A stretch of 43,160 nt of DNA from a virus. Its lineage: Duplodnaviria > Heunggongvirae > Uroviricota > Caudoviricetes. The stretch's first letter is position 1; every line of letters starts with the position of its first letter. The notes under the pieces were generated by a model. It was not told where the DNA came from. It was given only the letters and a program-made list of their open reading frames with translations, and ran no database searches. The stretch spans positions 1 to 43,160 of the IMG/VR virus record IMGVR_UViG_2534681759_000012; one strand, written 5' to 3'. This document shows positions 24,742 through 33,799 of the stretch, piece after piece. The translations under genes were made by a program, and so were the position numbers.

Positions 24742-25356
24742 TCAGGCCGCTATCAATGGAAATTCTTTCTCCAATTCTCGTTTCATTGCATAAAACATTT
24801 CTGACTCCAGCACTTTCTCACACCACACCACTCGCTTACGACAATATTGAATATCAGCACCTGTTATATAAGAAATCATCCTGGCTATATCTTGCGTGCA
24901 ATTGCGATTGCAATATCGCTTAATAGCTACATCGCGGACGGGGCTTTCACGGTGAAAAGTCTTGACCATCACACGTTCAACGAAAGCCGCATCATCTGAT
25001 TCTTTGGCGAGAGTGATGATGTGGCTAAACGATGATTGAGGAATGACCAGTTCGCGAGCTTTCTTGTATAGCACATCTCCGCGCAGCCCATCTTCTTCGT
25101 ACAGGCGCATGACGACAGACTCTATCTGCTTAGCCTTGTCATCGCTCCACTGACTGCGAATCATCAGACGACCGATAACGTTAATTGCACCACCTGGAGA
25201 GCAATCTCCGGCATTAACCTTGCCCCATACCTGTAACATGTAATGAACCCATGCTTTCTGGCTAGAGTTGATGGTTTTCTTCGGGTGTCTCCATACGCGG
25301 CGAAAGTGCGCGTCATTAATGAAGTTAACCATGCTGAATACTGGAGTTAACCGCAT
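24742..25356 (-). CDS. Q: Late-gene antiterminator Q (non-lambda type)
   Basis: Position immediately upstream of the pR'/tR' region and lysis cassette; Cys-rich C-terminal motifs (YCNRNC, YCRKRVVWC); start placed at MRLTPVF, overlapping the stop of the upstream 47-aa ORF by 1 nt. Confidence 0.6.
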   Translation of the reverse strand: MRLTPVFSMVNFINDAHFRRVWRHPKKTINSSQKAWVHYMLQVWGKVNAGDCSPGGAINVIGRLMIRSQWSDDKAKQIESVVMRLYEEDGLRGDVLYKKARELVIPQSSFSHIITLAKESDDAAFVERVMVKTFHRESPVRDVAIKRYCNRNCTQDIARMISYITGADIQYCRKRVVWCEKVLESEMFYAMKRELEKEFPLIAA

Positions 25357-25499
25357 CAGACCTCCCATCCTTTGCAATGACACCACACTTCAAACATTCG
25401 TTTCACAACCTCACGGCAGTAGAAACCGCCAGTATCGCGGGTCAGATCGTAGCGATTGCCATAACGCTGGCGCATATATCGTTCGAATGCTTTGTTCAT
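25356..25499 (-). CDS. Small nin-region protein, YlcG-like (47 aa)
   Basis: ORF MNKAFERYMRQRYGNRYDLTRDTGGFYCREVVKRMFEVWCHCKGWEV whose start overlaps the rusA stop; same rusA-ylcG-Q arrangement as in the DLP12 prophage as recalled. Below the ORF-track length cutoff. Confidence 0.55.
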   Translation of the reverse strand: MNKAFERYMRQRYGNRYDLTRDTGGFYCREVVKRMFEVWCHCKGWEV

Positions 25500-25858
25500 A
25501 CGCTCTCCAGTTCGGTGATTTTTATTCCAAGCCGTCCGCCTGGTACTTTCACACCACGAATTACGCGAATGTCATCGAATTGCTCGTCGTCTTCCGCAAA
25601 TCCGGCGTGGATAAGGGAGTCGAGTAAACCTTTCAGGATATTATCGAGGTCGCGACGGCGGGAGTCTGGAACGTCTGCGATGACTTTGATGCGGAGTCGT
25701 GATTTGGTGAAAATGTCTAACTTGAGTTGGCGGATGATTTGCTGAACGTCTTTTCGGTATTTCTGGCCTTTATCGCTGATGTAGTATTGGCTTCCCCGTC
25801 TTCGCCAGTAGGTGTTCACCGACGGCGGGTAAGGAAGCACAAACTGATATTCGTTCAT
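25496..25858 (-). CDS. rusA: Holliday junction resolvase RusA
   Basis: 120 aa with RusA hallmarks (LPYPPSVNTYW..., DVPDSRRRDLDN). Confidence 0.9.
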   Translation of the reverse strand: MNEYQFVLPYPPSVNTYWRRRGSQYYISDKGQKYRKDVQQIIRQLKLDIFTKSRLRIKVIADVPDSRRRDLDNILKGLLDSLIHAGFAEDDEQFDDIRVIRGVKVPGGRLGIKITELESV

Positions 25859-26145
25859 GGCTTAATCTTCCCCTCCTTCAGCAGGATCGCCTGCGTCCTG
25901 ATCACGCCTTCGAGGTGATAAAGTCTGGCGTCTTTGTTGTCGAGATTATGGGTGCGTCGGTCGATTTCATCGTGACACGCGCTACAAGCCCATGCGCCGA
26001 TCAGGTCGTCAGGCTTCATTCCCGTTCCGCAAATTCCAGCCATCCGGTAATGTGCCAGAACTGTAGTTTCAGGGTTGCCATTGCATACGCCGTAAATACG
26101 TACCTGACATTCTCTGCCGCGCGCTTCTTTGCGTAGGTTAGCCAT
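25855..26145 (-). CDS. Nin-region Cys/His-rich protein, YbcO-like (DUF1364-type putative nuclease)
   Basis: 96 aa (ARGRECQVRIYGVCNGNPETTVLAHYR...ACSACHDEIDRRTH); lies upstream of rusA as ybcO does in DLP12, as recalled. Confidence 0.7.
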   Translation of the reverse strand: MANLRKEARGRECQVRIYGVCNGNPETTVLAHYRMAGICGTGMKPDDLIGAWACSACHDEIDRRTHNLDNKDARLYHLEGVIRTQAILLKEGKIKP

Positions 26146-26867
26146 TAAGCAGCCTCCCCTGTTACTTTCAGCATTCCGTTATCGAGCAGCTTTCTGGTCA
26201 GCCACTGTTGACCACGACCGGTGATTTTTGTGGTGAACGATATCTGTATTCCGTGATTTGTGTTGACCGCTGTTTCTTTCACTGTGAAATAGCCGCGATC
26301 CATATATTCCTGCATTGGCACATTGCGCCGGGAACCTGAAGCAATAAGGATTTTGTGATCGCGCATCCACGCAAACAGTTTGTTTGGACCAATTCCAACA
26401 ACCTTTGCAAAGTTTCCAATCAAAATTCCGCTGGCTTCGCCAACTCGATCGGCAAACTCAACTTTAGGTGCGGCAATTGCGAGCTGGTTTTCCAGTTGCA
26501 TTTTCTGCTCAGCAAGATCAGCAGCAAGGCGCAACGCTTCTGGTAGCGTTTTGGGGATATTAACCGCAGTTTCTTCAAGCTCTCGCCAACGGTCAACAAG
26601 ACGAGCGGTGAATTCCGGCGACAACTGGGCAACAACAACAATACTATCTCGCTTACCTTGTTCGCCTTCGAAGACGTAATGCTCGTACTGAACATTGAAC
26701 CCTAAGTTATTGATTCTTTCGGAAACCTCAATTTGAGGAAGCCGGATAACACCATTTTTAGCCAGCGTTTCGATGGTACGTTTCACATTGTCATGACGCT
26801 TACCCACCAACTCAGCGATTTCAATGCTTGTCATTTTGATGGCATTGCCATTTATTAACTCATTCAT
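26145..26867 (-). CDS. Phage antirepressor / Rha-family regulator with KilA-C-like C-terminal domain
   Basis: 240 aa; N-terminal Rha-type DNA-binding region (MTSIEIAELVGKRHDNVKRTIETL); C-terminal half resembles antirepressor C-terminal domains. Confidence 0.6.
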   Translation of the reverse strand: MNELINGNAIKMTSIEIAELVGKRHDNVKRTIETLAKNGVIRLPQIEVSERINNLGFNVQYEHYVFEGEQGKRDSIVVVAQLSPEFTARLVDRWRELEETAVNIPKTLPEALRLAADLAEQKMQLENQLAIAAPKVEFADRVGEASGILIGNFAKVVGIGPNKLFAWMRDHKILIASGSRRNVPMQEYMDRGYFTVKETAVNTNHGIQISFTTKITGRGQQWLTRKLLDNGMLKVTGEAA

Positions 26868-27036
26868 CGTCTTCTTCCTCGTACATTGAGCTATTCGGAT
26901 CGCTCATCAGTTCTGCGCAGCAGTGCTCACACACGTGAACTTCCAGCACATACAGCTTCTGACCGCAGTTAGCGCACGTTAAAGCTCGCTCGACGCTTTC
27001 TTTCTGGTATTGAAGGGATTGGGATGGGCTAAGCAT
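26860..27036 (-). CDS. ninF: NinF-like small zinc-ribbon protein
   Basis: Internal start [58 protein letters not shown] matches lambda NinF as recalled; two CxxC pairs. Confidence 0.65.
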   Translation of the reverse strand: MLSPSQSLQYQKESVERALTCANCGQKLYVLEVHVCEHCCAELMSDPNSSMYEEEDDE

Positions 27037-27436
27037 GGCTTTCACCATTAAAAAGTCGCTTGTAAGCATCAATATCTCGTTTTGCTTCACCAAGCTTTCG
27101 TCTTAATTCCATGTTTTCTGATTCAAGCTTTTCCATGTCTTGTTGGTATCGATCGCTGTGTTCTTTCCATGCTTTTCGATACGCCTTCATGTATGTCGTT
27201 TCGGCCTTTCTCTTTGCCTGACGAACAGCGTGATGGTTTTCTACAAACCACTCAGGGTCGTTAAATGCTGCTCTGGCGCATGTATACCAATAATTTGTTG
27301 CCTCCCTGTTTAGCCAATAAATACTGATAAATGGCAACCGGATAGACACCATTTTTCGTTGAGACTCTTTCTCGCCGAACATGTGCCCTTTTTTGATGCT
27401 AAGGCCAAATCCAGGTTGAATTAAAAGCATTGTCAT
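27029..27436 (-). CDS. Hypothetical nin-region protein (~135 aa)
   Basis: ORF between ninE and ninF with ATGA-type overlap to the ninE stop; basic coiled-coil C-terminus; no family recognised. Confidence 0.45.
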   Translation of the reverse strand: MTMLLIQPGFGLSIKKGHMFGEKESQRKMVSIRLPFISIYWLNREATNYWYTCARAAFNDPEWFVENHHAVRQAKRKAETTYMKAYRKAWKEHSDRYQQDMEKLESENMELRRKLGEAKRDIDAYKRLFNGESHA

Positions 27437-27609
27437 TTCCTCGCACGATGTCTTAGCCACCGGATATCCCACAGGTGAGCCGTGTAGTTGAAGGTTTTTA
27501 CGTCAGATTCTTTTGGGATTGGCTTGCGTTTATTTCTGGAGCGTTTCGTTGGAAGGTATTTGCAGTTTTCGCAGATTATGTCGGTGATACTTCGTCGCTG
27601 TCGTCTCAT
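27433..27609 (-). CDS. ninE: NinE-like protein
   Basis: Internal start [58 protein letters not shown] matches lambda NinE as recalled; the longer six-frame ORF uses an upstream TTG. Confidence 0.7.
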   Translation of the reverse strand: MRRQRRSITDIICENCKYLPTKRSRNKRKPIPKESDVKTFNYTAHLWDIRWLRHRARK

Positions 27610-28133
27610 GCCGCCCTCCTGACGCCCTGCCCGATCGCCATCAATGCCGCTTTGGATACGGTAGTAAACATCCGTCGAGGACTGATGAACGGTCGCCAAA
27701 TCAGCAGCATTGAGCCTTTGCTGTTTCCCTTCTTCTCCAGCCCCGTCGATGGTTCGATAAAATTAATCCGTCCATCAGTGATAATGCGAACTTCGTCAAC
27801 GCTCTCCAGAGCCTTGCTGAACCATCCGACTGACATATCCTCTGGCACAAGCATCACTACCGTCTGTCGCTGTTGTATGCACTGCTCAGCGGCTTTTTCT
27901 ACCCACGGCCTGATATTGCTGTACGGTGGGTTATTCCAGATTGCACCGTGGCTTACCCACTCAGAATTGAGCGCGTCGTCGGCCTCAGTTAACCAGTGAG
28001 CGCACAGAGCATTTTTGTCGCTCGCTGCCGAATCCAGCCAGAATCCAAACTCAATATCCAGTGCATCAAAAAGCCAAAGCGGCGTTTGCCAGCAGTCCTT
28101 GTCGTGTGCTGGCGTATTTGATTTGATAGTCAT
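27606..28133 (-). CDS. DNA N6-adenine methyltransferase (phage Dam-like)
   Basis: NPPY catalytic motif ([14 protein letters not shown]) and N-terminal [21 protein letters not shown] typical of phage Dam-like MTases; start placed at MTIKSNTP with ATGA overlap to the ninB stop. Confidence 0.75.
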   Translation of the reverse strand: MTIKSNTPAHDKDCWQTPLWLFDALDIEFGFWLDSAASDKNALCAHWLTEADDALNSEWVSHGAIWNNPPYSNIRPWVEKAAEQCIQQRQTVVMLVPEDMSVGWFSKALESVDEVRIITDGRINFIEPSTGLEKKGNSKGSMLLIWRPFISPRRMFTTVSKAALMAIGQGVRRAA

Positions 28134-28570
28134 GCAGCCCGATCTCCCCATCGCGCTTTCCATTCGAGAGCCAGTCGCGCTTCGTCTGACCACTTAACGC
28201 CACGCTCTGTACCGAATGCCTGTATAAGCTCTAATAGCTCCGCAAATTCGCTTACACGCATCCTGCTGGTTGACTGGCCTATTACCACAAAGCCATTCCC
28301 GGCAAGGTTAGGAACAACATCCTGCTGCTTTAATGCTGCGGTAAACACACACTTCCAGCTTTCTGCATCCAGCCAGCGACCATGCCATTCAACCTGACGA
28401 GAGACGTCACCAAGGCAAGCCCAAAGCTTTCGATTCTGGTCTAAGCTGCGGTTGCGTTCCTGAATGGTTACTACGATTGGTTTGGTTGGGTCTGGAAGAA
28501 TTTGCTGTACCGCGTGAATAGCGTTTTGCTGATGTGCTGGGGATCGAATTTCAAAGGTTAGTTTTTTCAT
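28130..28570 (-). CDS. ninB: Recombination protein NinB (Orf family)
   Basis: 146 aa; sequence (MKKLTFEIRSPAHQQNAIHAVQQILPDPTKPIVVTIQERNRSLDQNRKLWACLGDV...) matches lambda NinB as recalled. Confidence 0.9.
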   Translation of the reverse strand: MKKLTFEIRSPAHQQNAIHAVQQILPDPTKPIVVTIQERNRSLDQNRKLWACLGDVSRQVEWHGRWLDAESWKCVFTAALKQQDVVPNLAGNGFVVIGQSTSRMRVSEFAELLELIQAFGTERGVKWSDEARLALEWKARWGDRAA

Positions 28571-28763
28571 GACTTCCCTCTCTAACAGATTTCAGGTTAT
28601 TCCACTCCGTTACCGCACTGCGATAATTTGCGGCCGCCACAGCGGCGTGGTTAGCGCAGTAGATTTGGCACCCGTTCTCCATGTCGAATATTGTCGGTGA
28701 TTTTCCGCATTTACATTTTTTGGCACGCGGTGCGTCTGAACACATTCCGTTAACGGTGTCCAT
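28551..28763 (-). CDS. Hypothetical Cys-rich small protein
   Basis: 70-aa ORF between helicase and ninB (CKCGK...CQIYCANH); overlaps the ninB start by ~20 nt; uncertain. Confidence 0.35.
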   Translation of the reverse strand: MDTVNGMCSDAPRAKKCKCGKSPTIFDMENGCQIYCANHAAVAAANYRSAVTEWNNLKSVREGSHEKTNL

Positions 28764-28847
28764 CAGGATCCCCCTCGTTCTTAATCCAATAAAAAAGGGC
28801 TACTGTGTAAATAGCCCCTGTTATTAGCTCAGTGATGTAGATGGTCA

Positions 28848-31328
28848 TCAGAATCCTCCTTTCTTCTTGGACTGCGGCTCCTCGCGTTCACGGCGGCGCA
28901 TTTCAGCAGACTGTTGGTCTGTGTCATAAATAGCGCCATTTGCCTGAATGCAATACACCGTGCCGGTATTGCCATGACGATTGAGACGAAGGATTAGTTC
29001 GGTTTCACCAGGTGGAACACTGTCATCAAAAGCACCTTCACGATGGATCCCCACCCAATAATCGCAATCCTGTTCAATCTGCCCTGTATCTCGTGAGTCA
29101 CTTGGTAATGGGCGTTTATTGGTTCGGCTTTCCAGTGCGCGGTTAAGCTGCGTCAGAAGCACAACAACGCAATCAAGCTCTTTGGCAAGGTTCTTCAGTC
29201 CTTTGGTGATCATGCCGTAAGCAAGGTCGTTGCGATCGGCCTTCTCAGCGGTCATTAGTGTCAGGTAATCGACCAGAATCATGCCAACACATCCTTTTTC
29301 TCGCTTGATTCGACGGCTTTCGCTGACGATTTGAGCCAGAGATAATCCCGGCGTGTCGTCGATGTAAAGCATGTCGATTTCACTCAAGCGATTGGCTGTT
29401 TCGATCGCCCTGTTGAAGTCACCATCGTAATCACCCTGATAGCCGTCATCGGCGTCATTTGTCGCCGGAAGGTAAAAAATATTCGGGTTAACACCAGACT
29501 TCTGCCCTACCAGTTTTTCCAGTATCTGGTCACCGGGCATTTCAAGGCTGAACATCAGAGCGGGCTTTTTCTCATGCACTGCGCAGTTGATTGCCATCTG
29601 GCTGTATAGCGTGGTGTTGTGGGTTAGAATGTATCCGTCAGTTGCATACAAATGTCTCTCGTGGGATACCATGATGCAAATGCACTCTTCACGTCCAATA
29701 TACTCAACCGACGTGATAACAGGCGCACTTGTTTTGATGCGTTTTGCAGTGAATTTTTGCTTCAGGCGTGGAGATTTTATGTGTGATAGAACCTCATCAG
29801 GCAACCTGATTGCGCAAATATGGGCATCCATACCTTTGCGCATTTCTCCCTTATAACTGAATTTCGGCTCCTGTTTGGTTGTCATACGACACACGCCACC
29901 AAGAGAATGCACCAGCCGCTTTACACCATCTGACAGGAACTTGCTTGCCGAGCTAAAGCGCAGGGCATTATTTCCTTCAACCCAACCATCGGTTTCAAGT
30001 AATCCGCATAGAACATCAATACGAGTTTGCTTATCAGCAGAAAAAATAATATCCGGGATAATTTTAATCTCTGACATCCGGCCGTAGATACCAAGCCGTT
30101 GCATAACCCGCGTAAGAGATAATTTGCGGCTAAACTTGTGAGATAGGGAGTAATCGCAGCCAGAAACATTTCTGACTTCAATATCGTCACCCACTTCAGA
30201 TCTTACTCGCTCAATGATGTATGGTTCCGTCATGCTGATTCGTGGCGTACCTGCAAGATTTCCATCGCCAAGTAACGCACCTAACAGCCATGGGCTAATC
30301 CCTAAATCAACAGGCAATCCGAAGTCACCGCTAATACCAGGAACATGAATGCGGCTTTGATAGCGAACGCATTCCATCATGTCCCGTAGGCGGCAGGTGT
30401 CTACAACATCAACGCCACCGGTAATACGGTTACTATGAATTTCCCACAAATGATCATCCGCGCAATCAACGGTTCTTCCGTCAGAGAACGTAACTCGGTA
30501 AATATCTCGCTCCCCTTGAGGAAAAACTCCAGACACGAATGATGGTTGTCCATCCACTGATGCTAGGGAATCTCCAACACATACGTCACGAAATGTTGTC
30601 CATGAACCATCAGCAAGCAAAATGCGTGAATTAAGCGGTTGCGCTTTCCCCATCTTAGGGCGAGCGCCAATGACAAACAGAGAGCCTTTCACCAGACCTT
30701 TCGGTGACAGCATCCTGTCCAGCGATGGGATCCCTGTGCTCATTCCTCGTTGTTCGCCTGACGGGTCAAATCGCTTCTCAAGGTCGCTAACCCAGTCTTC
30801 CATGACCTCACCAAATGAACGAAGGCCGCGACGCGATCCGGTTTTTGCATGGTCTGTCAGTTGCGTGAAAATCGACTGAATAGCTTCGTACTTCTGTGTT
30901 GCAGTCATTCCGTTGCGGGAATAGAGCAATTCCGTCGCTTCAGTCATGCGGTTGATGGCGTAGCGTTCCATTGCGGTTTCACGAACCTGCATTGCATAGG
31001 CAACGATGTTTGCTGCGCTTGGCGTGTTCTTTGCGATCTCAGCGATATAAGCAAAACCGCCAACAGACGCCGTTAACGATTTACGCTCCAGTTCATCGAA
31101 AAGCGTCAGGCCATCTACTGGCTTTTGCTCCCGGTGCATTCTGGTTATTTCTTCGAAAAGGATTTTGTGTGGTCGGCTGTAAAATGAGTCAGGCTTCAGC
31201 ATCGCCAGAACTTTCTGGACGCGCTCACTGCAGTCATCATCCAGAAGCAATCCACCAATCACCGCCTGCTCTGCCTCGATGCTATGGGGCGGCGCATAAA
31301 AATTATCGGTCATCGTGTTCACCCTCAC
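28848..31328 (-). CDS. Replicative DNA helicase (DnaB family) interrupted in-frame by an intein
   Basis: 826 aa; DnaB N-terminal domain (PHSIEAEQAVIGGLLLDD...), Walker A split as GARPKMGK / TTLYS by a 343-aa insertion, then DnaB motifs (LVDYLTLM, LLTQLNRALESR). Confidence 0.85.
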   Translation of the reverse strand: MRVNTMTDNFYAPPHSIEAEQAVIGGLLLDDDCSERVQKVLAMLKPDSFYSRPHKILFEEITRMHREQKPVDGLTLFDELERKSLTASVGGFAYIAEIAKNTPSAANIVAYAMQVRETAMERYAINRMTEATELLYSRNGMTATQKYEAIQSIFTQLTDHAKTGSRRGLRSFGEVMEDWVSDLEKRFDPSGEQRGMSTGIPSLDRMLSPKGLVKGSLFVIGARPKMGKAQPLNSRILLADGSWTTFRDVCVGDSLASVDGQPSFVSGVFPQGERDIYRVTFSDGRTVDCADDHLWEIHSNRITGGVDVVDTCRLRDMMECVRYQSRIHVPGISGDFGLPVDLGISPWLLGALLGDGNLAGTPRISMTEPYIIERVRSEVGDDIEVRNVSGCDYSLSHKFSRKLSLTRVMQRLGIYGRMSEIKIIPDIIFSADKQTRIDVLCGLLETDGWVEGNNALRFSSASKFLSDGVKRLVHSLGGVCRMTTKQEPKFSYKGEMRKGMDAHICAIRLPDEVLSHIKSPRLKQKFTAKRIKTSAPVITSVEYIGREECICIMVSHERHLYATDGYILTHNTTLYSQMAINCAVHEKKPALMFSLEMPGDQILEKLVGQKSGVNPNIFYLPATNDADDGYQGDYDGDFNRAIETANRLSEIDMLYIDDTPGLSLAQIVSESRRIKREKGCVGMILVDYLTLMTAEKADRNDLAYGMITKGLKNLAKELDCVVVLLTQLNRALESRTNKRPLPSDSRDTGQIEQDCDYWVGIHREGAFDDSVPPGETELILRLNRHGNTGTVYCIQANGAIYDTDQQSAEMRRREREEPQSKKKGGF
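29616..30644 (-). other. Intein with LAGLIDADG homing-endonuclease motifs inside the helicase P-loop
   Basis: Residues 229..571 of the helicase: starts with Ala (AQPLNSRILLADGSW...), ends ...YILTHN followed by Thr; two LAGLIDADG-like motifs (LGALLGDGNL and LCGLLETDGWVEG); removing it restores GARPKMGKTT. Confidence 0.75.
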
Positions 31329-32193
31329 GAACTTTCAGGTAGGTATTATCGTTAAGCAGGAAATCAAATCCCTTTTTGTGCCAGACGGTTCCGCGCTGAT
31401 GGTTTGGGCGCTCTTCGAACATCCATCGGCAATTTTCGCCTACGTAGCTCAAATAATTTCTCCAGTCCTGCATCGTGAACCCATGCCCGTCAAGCTGGCG
31501 GGTTATCACTCCGGCTTTGCGCCAGAACGTTCGGATCTGGTTTTTACGCTTGTCATTCAGTGCGCGGATTTTTGGCGCTTCAGGAAGGATTTCGTGGTAA
31601 GCATCGACAACATCCTGACAGCTAACGGAAGGTTTTTTCTTGTCAGACTTTTTGTCTGCTGCGGTACTCTCTAATACGTCAGTATTAGAGATATTATTTA
31701 TATTATTGTTTATGGACAACCGTTGGACAACCGTTGGACAATCTCCGCTGAGAGCCGCGCCATTACTGGTGTTTGCGTTGGACAACCGTTGGACAACCGT
31801 TGGACAATTTTTTGCCTGAAAATCGTCATATTTAACGATTGTAAACAGGCTAAATTTCTTCCCCATCGAGCAAATATTAAGCATCCCTTTCGACTCAAAA
31901 GTCCGCAATAAGCTCCGAACTTTGTTGTCGGGGATGAATGTTTCTCTGACCAGCGACGGGCGTCCAGTTATCATCTGACCGCGATCAACAGTTATCGGCC
32001 CGATATCCGTATTGACGACAGTAGATTCGTGATTAGCCTTGAGGATTAAGTGAAGCCAAAGATGTACTGCCTGAGAGTCCTTATAGAGCCTGCTGTCCAT
32101 AAACTGGCGGTGTATAGAGACATACCCCATACTGGATGCCTCCTGATGTTGTACAGGGTTATGCCTGTAATCAGCTAACTTAACGACGCCCAT
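31303..32193 (-). CDS. Replication initiator protein (lambda O-like)
   Basis: Position upstream of and overlapping the helicase gene; contains the iteron cluster and AT-rich tract inside its coding sequence (as ori-lambda sits in gene O); the true start may be internal. Confidence 0.7.
   Translation of the reverse strand: MGVVKLADYRHNPVQHQEASSMGYVSIHRQFMDSRLYKDSQAVHLWLHLILKANHESTVVNTDIGPITVDRGQMITGRPSLVRETFIPDNKVRSLLRTFESKGMLNICSMGKKFSLFTIVKYDDFQAKNCPTVVQRLSNANTSNGAALSGDCPTVVQRLSINNNINNISNTDVLESTAADKKSDKKKPSVSCQDVVDAYHEILPEAPKIRALNDKRKNQIRTFWRKAGVITRQLDGHGFTMQDWRNYLSYVGENCRWMFEERPNHQRGTVWHKKGFDFLLNDNTYLKVREGEHDDR
31711..31806. repeat. Origin of replication iterons (two clusters of about three tandem 11-bp GGACAACCGTT units) with adjacent AT-rich tract
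   Basis: Direct tandem repeats at 31713..31740 and 31775..31806 separated by ~35 bp, flanked by an AT-rich stretch (31683..31710), all within the O-like gene. Confidence 0.75.
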
Positions 32194-32375
32194 GTTTCAC
32201 TCCTGCTTTGGCTAGTCTGTAAACACCAACAAGGCGCTCTGCGAACGCCCTGTTATTTGCTGCGGCTACCACTAATCCCTCAGGTGAATCAGGGTGTCGA
32301 ATCTCTTCTTTTTCCTGGTATTTCTTACGACGTTTTGTCATAATTACTCCTGTGGATTGATCCAGTCTTTCTACA

Positions 32376-32657
32376 TCAGGCCTCGAAGAATTCGCCGTTC
32401 TTCGGGGCTTTTTCTTTTGTCAGGTAATCGGCAATCCGCTTAGTCAATTCAGCCATTTCATCGTCTTCGATTCCGTATTCCAGAACAGCCAGCATCATGC
32501 TTACCTGCGAGAAGAAACCATTCTTCCATCGGCTTACCTGATATTCAGGAACCCCCATTGCTCGAGCGAATGCCTTCTGCCCCATCAGTGCCAGTTTGTT
32601 CAGCAAGGCTGACTCGATGCGAGCCGCTTTCTTGCTTTTAGTTGCAATAGTACCCAT
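32376..32657 (-). CDS. cII: Transcriptional activator CII-like
   Basis: 93 aa; homologous to lambda CII in the HTH region (ARIESALLNK...QVSRWK...SMMLAVLEYG); located between cro/nutR and the O-like gene. Confidence 0.8.
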   Translation of the reverse strand: MGTIATKSKKAARIESALLNKLALMGQKAFARAMGVPEYQVSRWKNGFFSQVSMMLAVLEYGIEDDEMAELTKRIADYLTKEKAPKNGEFFEA

Positions 32658-32733
32658 AGATAATTTCCTTAATGATTAGATAGAGTTGGCTTCGCAAAGA
32701 AACGCAAAACCATAGAGATTTGTTTCTGGTAAT

Positions 32734-32765
32734 GCCCTTTTTCAGGGCGGGGATGTGTAAGAGCG
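32734..32765 (-). promoter_or_regulatory. nutR site (boxA and boxB)
   Basis: Minus-strand boxA CGCTCTTACAC and boxB hairpin GCCCTGAAAAAGGGC, matching lambda nutR as recalled, just downstream of cro. Confidence 0.8.
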
Positions 32766-32773
32766 TTAATAAC

Positions 32774-33004
32774 TTAAGCGGCCATTAATTCAGGCCAGAT
32801 GCTTTCCCAATCAACCGGATGAAGGTCTTTGCGAGTCACTTCACCATTGCTGAACTTCTCAATCAGAACACAAAGTGCTGCGCCCAATTCATGATTACGG
32901 CTAAGTGCTTTCCTCAAATAGCCGATAGAAGTTCCGCACTTGGTGGCAAATTCTCTCTGCTCTTCCAGTGAAAGGGAGTTCAGATACAAGCGGAGTTCTT
33001 CCAT
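32774..33004 (-). CDS. cro: Cro-like repressor (HTH)
   Basis: 76-aa HTH protein transcribed divergently from cI across an operator region. Confidence 0.7.
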   Translation of the reverse strand: MEELRLYLNSLSLEEQREFATKCGTSIGYLRKALSRNHELGAALCVLIEKFSNGEVTRKDLHPVDWESIWPELMAA

Positions 33005-33038
33005 TTGCTATCTCCTTCCCGTTGTTGAATAAGATGAG

Positions 33039-33094
33039 TTTACCTGTAGGTAAAAAGCAAATCAATACCCATAGGTTATTTACCGGCAGGTAAT
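33039..33094. promoter_or_regulatory. Right operator region OR (at least two TTACC-N4-GGTAA sites) with divergent pRM/pR
   Basis: Inverted-repeat sites TTTACCTGTAGGTAAA (33039..33054) and ATTTACCGGCAGGTAAT (33078..33094) between the cro and cI starts. Confidence 0.65.
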
Positions 33095-33112
33095 CAAAGA
33101 TAGAATTAAATC

Positions 33113-33799
33113 ATGGATAAATACGAACAAAGACGACTAAGGCTGATAGAGATAAGAGACCGATTCTGTAATGGAAAGGCCTCAGAGTTGGCTCGTCGAA
33201 TAGAAAGGGAACCATCATACGTTTCCAGAATGCTGTATCCGGAAGGAAAAAGCGGAAAAAAACGCATTGCTGACGATATGATGGAACTAATTGAAAAATC
33301 TTTTAATCTCCCACGCGGATGGATGGACATGCTTGCAGATGGTAAAGCTGGAGCTACGGACCATCTTGAGTTTGCGGGTAACGTTCGTGCGGGTTTTGTT
33401 CCGGTAATTGGTGAAGCCGTTTTGGGAGTTGATGGCTCAGTGGATATGATTGAATTCAGATCCGGTTGGTTAAGCATCTACAGCGGCGATAAAGATGCTT
33501 ACGGTCTGAAGGTTAAGGGTGACAGCATGTGGCCAAGGATTCAGTCAGGAGAATATGTTGTTATTGAACCAAATACGCCAGTACATCCAGGTGATGAAGT
33601 CTTTGTAAGGACCAAAGACGGTCACAACATGATAAAGATCATGAACAAAACAAGAGACGGTGATTATCAGTTTAGTAGCATAAACAGTGATCACCGCCCA
33701 ATCACTCTTCCTGTTGAAGAAGTTGATAAAATGCATTTTGTTTCAGCTATTGTGAAACACACCAGGTACGTAGACCAGGACGATCTGCCAAAAGTTTGA
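33113..33799 (+). CDS. cI: Prophage repressor CI (HTH plus LexA-like S24 autopeptidase domain)
   Basis: 228 aa; N-terminal HTH (ASELARRIEREPSYVSRML); C-terminal S24-type motifs (KVKGDSMWPRIQSGEYVVIE, KIMNK); not lambda immunity. Confidence 0.85.
   Translation: MDKYEQRRLRLIEIRDRFCNGKASELARRIEREPSYVSRMLYPEGKSGKKRIADDMMELIEKSFNLPRGWMDMLADGKAGATDHLEFAGNVRAGFVPVIGEAVLGVDGSVDMIEFRSGWLSIYSGDKDAYGLKVKGDSMWPRIQSGEYVVIEPNTPVHPGDEVFVRTKDGHNMIKIMNKTRDGDYQFSSINSDHRPITLPVEEVDKMHFVSAIVKHTRYVDQDDLPKV

Noticed and set aside
31711-31806. Short tandem repeats as a possible CRISPR array
   Set aside because: Units are 11 bp with no spacers of CRISPR size and lie inside the replication initiator gene next to an AT-rich tract; this is an iteron-type origin.
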